A program made the translations under genes and the position numbers. A model generated the notes under the pieces. The model had not been told where the DNA came from, searched no databases, and saw only the letters and a list, made by a program, of their open reading frames with translations. Positions 15,799-23,838 of a stretch of DNA of 23,838 bases are shown piece by piece (within the stretch, counting starts at the first letter, position 1; every line of letters starts with the position of its first letter). Origin of the DNA: an uncultured bacterium (lineage in GTDB: Bacteria; JAJVIF01; JAPKYR01); NCBI GenBank assembly GCA_965369865.1, contig CBDURU010000050.1, positions 1-23,838 of the forward strand, read 5' to 3'.

Positions 15799-18700
15799 AT
15801 GAATCGGTTGTGGCCTAAGGCGACAGCTCTTTTGTTGTTGCTGATTATCGTTTACGGTTGTAATAAGCACTCTCCTCTCGTACCCGGTGATGGCAGTACC
15901 GTTTTGTCCGATCCGGCCACCTCCCTTACCCCTGGAAACACCTCGGGGCGTTCCGGGGCGCACCTCTGGGCTGTCTGGGATATCAATCTCGAACTTACAT
16001 CCGAAACGATCAACCTGCTCCCGATCCGCGGCGCGTTATTCACGTGCAACATAAAACAGTTCATGGAAGGTCCGCCGATGGATATGTCGGCCAAGCTGGT
16101 CGATTATGAAATCAACGGGAATTATTTCGACTGCACGGTGGATGTGGATATCACCAACCCGTTCGCGGAAGACAAACATACGGGATTCGATATCATCGGG
16201 GTTTTCATGGGGGAAGGGTCGGAATCCATCCCAACCGATGGCGGGTTGAGTGTGGGGGGCGATGAGGACCAGCAGCTTTTAAATCCCGACGGGTACACAC
16301 GCTGGTTTAATTATTCTGAATTTTCCGGGAACGGCGGCGGCGATTCTGTCTGGGAAATGTTCGGCTACGATGCATGGAGCGGCGGCGAATTATCGTTTAT
16401 TCCAACCGCGAAAGTAAACCCGTACAAGTATTTCGCGGACGGCCTCGACGAGACAGGCAATGCGTTCGATTTTCTTGTGGACAACCCGGGGACAAGAGGA
16501 TCGTGGGCTGCAGAGTCGATGACCGGAAGGCGGTTCGAACTTCGATTTCCGTTCGGAAAGGGTTTGAAATTCAAACTCGCGATAATCGCGCACTGGGAAC
16601 CGAACTACAACGCGCCGGAGAATCCATCATCCTTAGATGATTTCCCGCCGGAAGCGAATTCGGATGAAGCGCTTCTTGTTGAAATAGTTGATAAAAGCAC
16701 AGCGTGGTATGAAGACGCCACCAACAACGGCGGGAAAGTGCGCCTGGATATCAGCCCGTACGACTGGTCGGCTACGGTGGTAAGTTCGGCCATGGACGAA
16801 TACTTAATCAGGTGTTATTCGGACGCATGGTCGGGGGCCTACGATGTGGATATGACCGCGATTTATTCCGGGACGAATTATCACACTTTCAGGACGGCGA
16901 TTCCGGTTACAAATATCACCTCGCTAAATCCGATTCCGGTCTGGATCAAGGTTGAGTATCCCGGGCTTGATTACTCGAATGATTTCGGTGTGACGAACGA
17001 CGCGTCCGGGGCGCTCGCGAACTATTTCCGCTTCGAGGTTCCGGTGTACGATCACCGTATAGCGTGGATAGAAGTCCTCGATCCGAACGGTGGAGAAACG
17101 CTGGAGGTGGGGCACGATTACGAAATCATGTGGGAATCCGCTGAATTGATCGGGAACATTTATATCATGTTCTCGACCGACGATTTCGTGATGGATATTC
17201 ATCCGATCGCCGTGAACGAAGCGGATGACGGCGTTTTCCTTTGGGAGGATATCCCGAATTATGTTTCGGACACGGTGAAGGTGCGTGTGAGTTCGATGAT
17301 GAATTCGACGGTCTATGGCGTTTCGGATAATTATTTCAGCATTATCGATACATCGGAGCCATCGATACGCGTCGACCTTCCCGACGGCGGTGAGATCTAC
17401 AAAGCTGGAACGGCAAGGCCAATCTGGTGGGTAACGAACAACGTGCAGGGGAATCTGTATATCGAATATTCGAAGGATGATTTTGTCAGCGATATAAATA
17501 TCATCGCCATCGATGTTCTGAATGAAGGTGAATACGAGTGGCAGGATATCCCGTACGATCTTTCAGAGACGGTGAAAATCCGAATCAGCTCGATGCTCAA
17601 TCCTACACTATGGGATGTCTCCGATGATTATTTCACAATCGACGATCCGCCTATCGAGGTTTTGTCGCCCGATGGTTTCGAGGAGTGGAAAGCCGGATCA
17701 ACACACGACATTCTGTGGGAGACGATAGATTTAACCGGCACTCTGTTTATCGAGTATTCGAAAGATTATTTCGTATCCGACATAAACCCGATCGCGGCGG
17801 ATGTTGAGGACACCGGGATTTATGAGTGGTTAAATATTCCCAACGACCCGTCGGACACGGTTCGTGTGCGTATCAGCTCGACCGACCACCAGTCATCGAG
17901 GGATATCTCGGATGATAATTTCAGTATCGAGGAAACGGGCTGGGGGATAAGTTTCGGCGGGGTGAGCAACGAAAACGCGTACGATGTCGCGATTGACGAT
18001 TATGGAAACGTATATACGGTTGGTGTTTTCAGGAATACGGTTGATTTCGATCCCGATCCCGGTTTGACAGACTATCACACATCGAATGGCGGCATGGATG
18101 TGTTTCTTGCCAGGTTCAACGAGCTGTCGGGATTTGTATGGGCGAGAACATGGGGCGGTTCCGGATATGATCGCGGTTACAGCATGGCGCTGGACTCCGA
18201 TGGAAATATCGTTGTGACGGGGGTTTTCAAAGATTCTGTCGATTTCGATCCCGGACCGGGAGGAACAGAAAAAGACATACATGATTCGGCAGGAAGCTAT
18301 GATGTGTTCGTCAGCAAGTTCGATACATCCGGAAATTTCATCTGGGCGGAAACGTTCGGCGGGATTGCCGAGGAAAAGGGATTCGGAGTCGATACGGACC
18401 AGTTCGGTAATGTTTACCTAACAGGATCGTTTACCGGGGATGCCGATCTCGATCCCGGCGATGATGAGGACAGCCACACATCGCTTGGCTGGTCGGACAT
18501 CTATCTCATAACCCTGGATTCGAACGGCGATTATACCTGGGGACGTTCATGGGGTGGAAATGTATATGATGCGACGTACGATCAAGGGTATGCCGTTGAA
18601 GTAGGGGATTTCGGGGACATTTATGTGACTGGAAATATCGCGGGTGAAGAAGTCGACATGGATCCCGATCCTGAAAATGTAGTCAACGTGACGCCGGTTG

Positions 18701-19344
18701 GCGGTTGCGATGTGTTCCTGAGCAAATTCGATCTGACCGGAAATTTCGAATGGACCGGGATCTGGGGTGAATTTGAAAACGACAGCGGATTCGGGCTTGC
18801 AACCGATGGGGATGGGAATGTGTATGTCGCCGGACGGTTTGAAGGCATGGTTGACTTCGATCCCAGCGCGGGAGCCGAGGTATATATCGGGTCGGTAGGT
18901 GGATTCGACGCGTTTGTCAGCAAGTTCAATCTTATTGGACAGCACCAGTGGGCGAGGACCTGGGGCGGCACAGGATACGATGAATACGCCTGGGGCGTTT
19001 GTACCGGGGGAATGGGAAAGGTATATGTAATCGGTAATTTCCGGGGGACGGTAGATTTCGATCCGACTGACGGTGTCGATGAAATTACATCCAATGGTGA
19101 GTATGATTTCTTCCTTTCAAGTTTCAACACATCGGGCGATTACTTCTGGGCGAGAACCTGGGGTGGTCCGACCGTAATGGATTACGGGTATGGTGTTGTA
19201 TCGGATGGAAACGGAAACGCGTTTATCTCCGGAAGTATTACCGGACAGCCCGTCGATTTCGATCCGGGGGAAGAGGAAGACCTGAGGACAACATATAACG
19301 CGGACGCGTACGTGATCAAGGTAATGCCTGACGGGGAATGGTAG
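15799..19344 (+). CDS. Large surface lipoprotein: unknown N-terminal domain, 3 Ig-like repeats and a seven-bladed SBBP beta-propeller
   Basis: Lipobox LLLLIIVYG-C. Three ~93-aa P(N/D)G.E...W...SD..F.I repeats (about 17068-17931). Seven (V/A)D(F/L/M)DP repeats with D..GNVYVTG and W..TWGG motifs. ATG 15799 follows AGGTG; the ORF is open from 15769. Confidence 0.88.
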   Translation: MNRLWPKATALLLLLIIVYGCNKHSPLVPGDGSTVLSDPATSLTPGNTSGRSGAHLWAVWDINLELTSETINLLPIRGALFTCNIKQFMEGPPMDMSAKLVDYEINGNYFDCTVDVDITNPFAEDKHTGFDIIGVFMGEGSESIPTDGGLSVGGDEDQQLLNPDGYTRWFNYSEFSGNGGGDSVWEMFGYDAWSGGELSFIPTAKVNPYKYFADGLDETGNAFDFLVDNPGTRGSWAAESMTGRRFELRFPFGKGLKFKLAIIAHWEPNYNAPENPSSLDDFPPEANSDEALLVEIVDKSTAWYEDATNNGGKVRLDISPYDWSATVVSSAMDEYLIRCYSDAWSGAYDVDMTAIYSGTNYHTFRTAIPVTNITSLNPIPVWIKVEYPGLDYSNDFGVTNDASGALANYFRFEVPVYDHRIAWIEVLDPNGGETLEVGHDYEIMWESAELIGNIYIMFSTDDFVMDIHPIAVNEADDGVFLWEDIPNYVSDTVKVRVSSMMNSTVYGVSDNYFSIIDTSEPSIRVDLPDGGEIYKAGTARPIWWVTNNVQGNLYIEYSKDDFVSDINIIAIDVLNEGEYEWQDIPYDLSETVKIRISSMLNPTLWDVSDDYFTIDDPPIEVLSPDGFEEWKAGSTHDILWETIDLTGTLFIEYSKDYFVSDINPIAADVEDTGIYEWLNIPNDPSDTVRVRISSTDHQSSRDISDDNFSIEETGWGISFGGVSNENAYDVAIDDYGNVYTVGVFRNTVDFDPDPGLTDYHTSNGGMDVFLARFNELSGFVWARTWGGSGYDRGYSMALDSDGNIVVTGVFKDSVDFDPGPGGTEKDIHDSAGSYDVFVSKFDTSGNFIWAETFGGIAEEKGFGVDTDQFGNVYLTGSFTGDADLDPGDDEDSHTSLGWSDIYLITLDSNGDYTWGRSWGGNVYDATYDQGYAVEVGDFGDIYVTGNIAGEEVDMDPDPENVVNVTPVGGCDVFLSKFDLTGNFEWTGIWGEFENDSGFGLATDGDGNVYVAGRFEGMVDFDPSAGAEVYIGSVGGFDAFVSKFNLIGQHQWARTWGGTGYDEYAWGVCTGGMGKVYVIGNFRGTVDFDPTDGVDEITSNGEYDFFLSSFNTSGDYFWARTWGGPTVMDYGYGVVSDGNGNAFISGSITGQPVDFDPGEEEDLRTTYNADAYVIKVMPDGEW

Positions 19345-19398
19345 TCCTCCAGAAATCCAAATAAAATTTCTACAGATTGACTTGAAGAACTTATTCAA

Positions 19399-20058
19399 TT
19401 GAGTAGTATCTTGTGTGCTGAACCATCGCGGAGGCGCGAGCTGGATTACAAAAAGATAGTGCGAGACGGCTACAATAAAGTTTCCCACGAGTATTATGGG
19501 GACAGTTCCTGTGACCTTAACCAGGGATCGGTCGAGTGGGTAAAGGAAATTATGGATCGGTTTCCCGCGGGGTCCAGGGCACTCGATCTTGGGTGCGGGT
19601 GTGGGATGCCAGCGACAAGGCTCCTCGCTGAGAAGTTTGATGTAACCGGAGTGGATATTTCCGACGTCCAGATCGAACGGGCAAGAGAGTATGTTCCCAA
19701 CGTAAAATTTGTACAGGCAGATATCGTCGAATATAATTTATTAACTGAAAACTTTGACATTATCGTCTCATTTTACACAATTATTCACATTCCTTTAGAA
19801 GAGCAATTTGACCTTTTTAAGCGGATTGCAGGTGCTTTAAAGCCGGGAGGGTTGTTCATGGCGATAGTGGGTTCGACAGCATGGACGGGTACAGAGGTTA
19901 ACTGGCTTGGGGTGGACGGCGCGAAAATGTTCTGGAGCCATGCAGACAGAGATGCGTATATTAAATGGCTTACCGATGTCGGGCTGATTATCGAGTGGGA
20001 TAGATTTATCCCCGAAGGTGACGGGGGACACATCTTAATTCTCGCGCATAAACCGTAG
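19399..20058 (+). CDS. Class I SAM-dependent methyltransferase
   Basis: ALDLGCGCG, VTGVDIS, FVQADI, FDIIVS, LKPGG. The true start may be CTG at 19441. Confidence 0.92.
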   Translation: MSSILCAEPSRRRELDYKKIVRDGYNKVSHEYYGDSSCDLNQGSVEWVKEIMDRFPAGSRALDLGCGCGMPATRLLAEKFDVTGVDISDVQIERAREYVPNVKFVQADIVEYNLLTENFDIIVSFYTIIHIPLEEQFDLFKRIAGALKPGGLFMAIVGSTAWTGTEVNWLGVDGAKMFWSHADRDAYIKWLTDVGLIIEWDRFIPEGDGGHILILAHKP

Positions 20059-20097
20059 AGTATCGGGTAATGGTATGTAATTTGCATAATCCAGTTT

Positions 20098-21417
20098 ATG
20101 GGATGGAGTTCTTTCAGATACCTGGTCGGTTTATTTATTGTACTCAACCTCATGTTAACGTTGCGGTGTAATAACGAATTTCCGGATGTAATCAGGGTCT
20201 CAGGTGATCTTGACCATGAAATATATGTCTGGCAGAGATCGTGGACCGGATCGGTGCAGGACTCGCTTATCGAAGCTCAATCCCGTTTCTCGCGAATAGT
20301 GGTCCTGGGTGCAGAGGTCTCATTCGCCGGGGGTGAGCTGGAGGTAATGCGTGTTCCGATCGACTATGAAAGTCTTGCTGATTCAGGTCTGTCAGTTGGA
20401 GCGGCTCTGAGGATCGGTTCGTATGGTGGGCCATTCAGCGAAGATGATGTGACGTCCAGAATGCTTGCGGATATCGCGTGGGACCTGGTTAGCGACGCAT
20501 CTGACCATGGAATTGCCATTAGTGAAATACAAATTGATTTCGATGCTGCCGAGTCGAAGCTCGATGGTTATCGACAGTGGTTGAATGCAGTAAGGAAGAG
20601 GATCGATCCGGTTCCACTTACAATCACAGCTCTTCCGACATGGATGAACAGCCAAAGTTTTTCGAGCCTTGTGCAAGCCACCGATGGCTTTGTTCTGCAA
20701 GTCCATTCACTGGAACCCCCGGAAGATATCAACTCTGATTTCACACTCTGCGATCCCTCCAGGTCAAAATCGTGGATTGAACGAGCGGCACAACTTTGTG
20801 GATCGGAAATTAATTTCAGAGTGGCTCTCCCGACCTATGGGTATACGGTTGCATTCAGCAGCGATGGTGAATTTACCGGGCTGAGTGCTGAGGGAGCGTA
20901 CCCGAATTGGCCGGAGGGTACTCGTACACGTGAGGTGCTGTCGGATCCGATTGAGCTGGCTGAGCTGGTCAAAGACCTGACACTGGACCGTCCGGAAAAC
21001 ATGGCAGGCCTTATCTGGTACAGGATGCCGGTTTCGGGGGACAGGCTGAACTGGCCATGGCCTACACTTGAGGCTGTTATGGACGGAAGAGTGCCGAATC
21101 GTTCGTTAACTGTTAAAGAGGAGAAACCAGAATCCGGGCTGTTTGATATTTACCTTGTCAATAACGGGGAAACTTCGGAAGTTCCGGATGTAAAATTTTC
21201 TATAACCTGGACAGACGCGGACCTTTTGGCATTCGACTTGCTGCGTGACTTCATGATAACAGACCAGGGGCCGGGTACGGTGACCTTGCAGGGACCATCG
21301 ACTGAATCCGCTCTTCACCCAGTCCGGATCGGCCCCGGCGAAAGTTGGATGGTATCATGGCTACGCTTCGACAGGGATACGAACGTTCAAATCGATGTGT
21401 CACGGATAACACACTAA
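20098..21417 (+). CDS. DUF3142-like exported protein (glycoside hydrolase-like TIM barrel plus C-terminal beta domain)
   Basis: YVWQRSW, IQIDFDAAESKLDGY, LTITALPTW, FVLQVH, FRVALPTYG, GLIWYRMP..GDRLNW, with a hydrophobic N-terminus. Confidence 0.8.
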   Translation: MGWSSFRYLVGLFIVLNLMLTLRCNNEFPDVIRVSGDLDHEIYVWQRSWTGSVQDSLIEAQSRFSRIVVLGAEVSFAGGELEVMRVPIDYESLADSGLSVGAALRIGSYGGPFSEDDVTSRMLADIAWDLVSDASDHGIAISEIQIDFDAAESKLDGYRQWLNAVRKRIDPVPLTITALPTWMNSQSFSSLVQATDGFVLQVHSLEPPEDINSDFTLCDPSRSKSWIERAAQLCGSEINFRVALPTYGYTVAFSSDGEFTGLSAEGAYPNWPEGTRTREVLSDPIELAELVKDLTLDRPENMAGLIWYRMPVSGDRLNWPWPTLEAVMDGRVPNRSLTVKEEKPESGLFDIYLVNNGETSEVPDVKFSITWTDADLLAFDLLRDFMITDQGPGTVTLQGPSTESALHPVRIGPGESWMVSWLRFDRDTNVQIDVSRITH

Positions 21418-23732
21418 ATCGAAAAATTAAATTTCTGTGTCAACGTAAACACTTTAGTTTACCTATACTTATATTGATTTTGTATTTGGCCATTAACAAT
21501 TTTCCCGCAATCGCATGCGGGGGATATTTCCCCAACCAGTTTTTATTTCGGAGTGAAAAAAATGTCCTGAGTGCTCCCGAGACAAATTTTGAAACCGGGT
21601 TTCAGGAACTGCTGGTACGGCTTGATTACCAGTCGGATCTCACATATATCCCGTCGCAGACCCCAATTCTTGCGGCATCCATTACAGACAGGGACGAGCT
21701 GGAGCTCGCACTCCAGGGAACCGATGTGTACGAGAGCCTTCAGGGAGGTATTTATGGCAGGTTTCTCGAGGTTCGAACTGTGCTGGACCGGTACTCACAG
21801 GAATTTAAAAACCGGGGATGCAGGAATAATCCGGAAGCGATACGTAGCTGGATTGATAATTTAAAAAGGCATGGCTGGCAGGATTTTCCACCTATCGATG
21901 AAGTGGTTATTCCGGTAGGGCTACCATTAGATTATGCATATTACATCAGGGGAGCCCTGAATTATTACAGGGGCGATTGGATACAGGCCCAGTCCTGGTG
22001 GGAACAGTTGCTGAAGCTGCCGGAGGAGAATCGCCGTAACCGGTCGACTTGGGCTTCGTATATGCTCGGCAAGACCATGATGTACGATTCACCCACGGAA
22101 GCGGCAGGATGGTTCCAGATGACAAGGCATCTGGAAGCGGATGGGTTTGCGGACAGCCTTGGCCTTGCGGCGTCAAGTCTGGTGTATGAAGCAGGGATTG
22201 AAGCTCGTCGTGGAAATTATGCAAGGGCAATGGAGTTATTTGTGGATGCCTACATAGCCGGAGACACAAGCGTGATTATCAATTTGAAACGTACAATTTA
22301 TGACCTGTTCGGTGAGAGTCCTGAAATTATCAGTCAGGTGGCGGAGGATCCGATATTAAGGCAAATTGTCAACCTGTTTGTGTCATCACACTGTGGGGAG
22401 ACTAATCGCAGTTACTCCCGGACCATAAGTTTTGACGATCTGGAATTATGGATCGATTCTCTTGAAGCTGCTGGGGTCACTGAGATCGAAAATGCGGAGC
22501 ATGTGGCATGGGCCGCCTACCGTGCCGGACGGATGGTAGAGGCTGTTGAATGGCTTGAGAGAGGGACGGATACAAACCTTGCAGTGTGGCTCAGGGCAAA
22601 GCTGGCCGTCCGTGCAGGAGATATTGAGAGTGCTGTGGAATATCTTGAACGTGCGGCTAATATTTTCCCTGATGATGAGATTTGGGCGACTTCGAGTGTA
22701 CGGGCAAATTTTGAGGACAGGACGTACTCTGAAATCATCGAATATGATCCCGGTATGATGAGCCATCTGGTCGTCCCCAACAGTCAAATTGCGTGCGAGC
22801 TGGGGACATTATATTTGGGCCATACAAGGTACGAGGAAGCCATGAACTTGTTTCTTTCGGCTGGCAAAACCAGTGATGCCGCGTATATAGGAGAAAGGTT
22901 ACTGTCACCGGAGGAATTCAAAGCATATGTAGACAGGTACTGGCCGGCTCCGGATCAGGAGGTTCCTTACCCGGAATATCGATACCAGATGCTTCCATTT
23001 TTACTGGAGGACCGGGATAACATAGCAAAAAGTGTCAGGCATATTCTTGCCCGACGGCTCGCGCGTCTTGAAAGATGGGAGGAAGCCCGGGATTATTTTC
23101 CGATAGAGGTATCAAGCGGACTAGATGTAATAGTTGAAGGGATTACAGCAGGAAATGACACGAGTTTAAATAATTCGGAGCGTGCCGACGGGTACTGGCA
23201 GGCTGCCGGTCAAATCAGGGAAAGTGGTTGGTCTATATTCGGGTATTCGTCGAGTTCCCCTACCAGCCTTTATTACCATTACTCATACCGGTGGGATGCA
23301 AATGGATCTGAAGAAACCTATGAGAACAGGCTTGAACCGTCTGAGACCACATTACTTCCAGCGAGTGAGGATGAACTGGAAAGGGTTGAACTTTTTGCTA
23401 ACGAAATAGAGGAGTCGGGCTCGACATCGAGTCAGTTCAATGTCTCCGGATGGTACAGAATCTACCGGTATATTGCTTGCGATATGGCTTGGAAGGCTGT
23501 CGAATTAATGCCTGATGGGGATTATGAAACCGCTTTGCGATTGTGCACTGCCGGAGGCTGGATCAAATCAAGGGATCCGATTGGCGCGGATATTTTTTAT
23601 AAAGCCCTTGTGAATAGATGCATTTCTACTGAACTTGGATGGGCAGCGGATGAGCGAAGGTGGTTTCCCGACTGTGATTCTTATGAGTATGATCCGGACC
23701 ATCAAATAGCGGTGATTTATTACTGGGACTGA
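21357..23732 (+). CDS. Large exported TPR-like alpha-helical protein, partner of the DUF3142-like gene
   Basis: Signal ending AIA followed by CGGYFP, TPR-like segments (YIRGALNYYRGDWIQAQSWWEQLL, WLRAKLAVRAGDIESAVEYLERA) and a C-terminal Cys pattern. Overlaps the upstream gene; start uncertain (21345, 21357 or later). Confidence 0.8.
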   Translation: MATLRQGYERSNRCVTDNTLNRKIKFLCQRKHFSLPILILILYLAINNFPAIACGGYFPNQFLFRSEKNVLSAPETNFETGFQELLVRLDYQSDLTYIPSQTPILAASITDRDELELALQGTDVYESLQGGIYGRFLEVRTVLDRYSQEFKNRGCRNNPEAIRSWIDNLKRHGWQDFPPIDEVVIPVGLPLDYAYYIRGALNYYRGDWIQAQSWWEQLLKLPEENRRNRSTWASYMLGKTMMYDSPTEAAGWFQMTRHLEADGFADSLGLAASSLVYEAGIEARRGNYARAMELFVDAYIAGDTSVIINLKRTIYDLFGESPEIISQVAEDPILRQIVNLFVSSHCGETNRSYSRTISFDDLELWIDSLEAAGVTEIENAEHVAWAAYRAGRMVEAVEWLERGTDTNLAVWLRAKLAVRAGDIESAVEYLERAANIFPDDEIWATSSVRANFEDRTYSEIIEYDPGMMSHLVVPNSQIACELGTLYLGHTRYEEAMNLFLSAGKTSDAAYIGERLLSPEEFKAYVDRYWPAPDQEVPYPEYRYQMLPFLLEDRDNIAKSVRHILARRLARLERWEEARDYFPIEVSSGLDVIVEGITAGNDTSLNNSERADGYWQAAGQIRESGWSIFGYSSSSPTSLYYHYSYRWDANGSEETYENRLEPSETTLLPASEDELERVELFANEIEESGSTSSQFNVSGWYRIYRYIACDMAWKAVELMPDGDYETALRLCTAGGWIKSRDPIGADIFYKALVNRCISTELGWAADERRWFPDCDSYEYDPDHQIAVIYYWD

Positions 23733-23741
23733 AATGTATTA

Positions 23742-23837
23742 TTATCCAGTGCTCAAAGACCTTTCAACAGCAGCGATTAAACTTCTTAGATTCAGGGACG
23801 CCTTTCCATGCTTCCAGCGTTGAAGGTGTCCCGTGTA
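23742..23837 (-). CDS. Possible 3' end of a convergent gene truncated by the window edge
   Basis: Open frame YTGHLQRWKHGKASLNLRSLIAAVERSLSTG ending in TAA TAA 9 nt from the convergent stop. Too short to identify. Confidence 0.3.
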   Translation of the reverse strand, partial: YTGHLQRWKHGKASLNLRSLIAAVERSLSTG

Positions 23838-23838
23838 A

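Noticed and set aside
17938..19344. Diversity-generating retroelement-like repeats in the lipoprotein gene
   Set aside because: The repeats are diverged protein-level blades. No near-identical TR/VR pair with adenine-specific differences and no reverse transcriptase were seen.

Overview
Bacterial chromosomal window, probably from an anaerobe, mixing housekeeping and accessory genes. It encodes a TaqI/Eco57I-like N6-adenine DNA methyltransferase, two tandem STAS anti-sigma-factor antagonists, alanine dehydrogenase (ald), an HsdR-N-type PD-(D/E)XK nuclease with an extra C-terminal domain, and a remnant of an ornithine cyclodeaminase/mu-crystallin gene. It also encodes three small secreted or membrane proteins, hdrC-hdrB without hdrA, an atypical receiver protein, ornithine aminotransferase (rocD-like), and an Rmd/GMD-family SDR. 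The 3' part carries a membrane protein pair, a 1.18-kaa Ig-repeat/SBBP lipoprotein, a SAM methyltransferase and a DUF3142-like plus TPR-like secreted pair. The intergenic DNA is rich in structure: sigma70-type promoters, a Rex/CRP-like box over the hdrCB start site, a perfect 19-bp palindrome in a STAS promoter, GTAG-type REP elements with compensatory stem changes, a 25-bp tandem repeat, and candidate attenuator leaders (each with a 35-aa uORF) before rocD and ald. No rRNA, tRNA, CRISPR array or transposase was recognised. All family calls come from motif recognition by eye, not from database searches.
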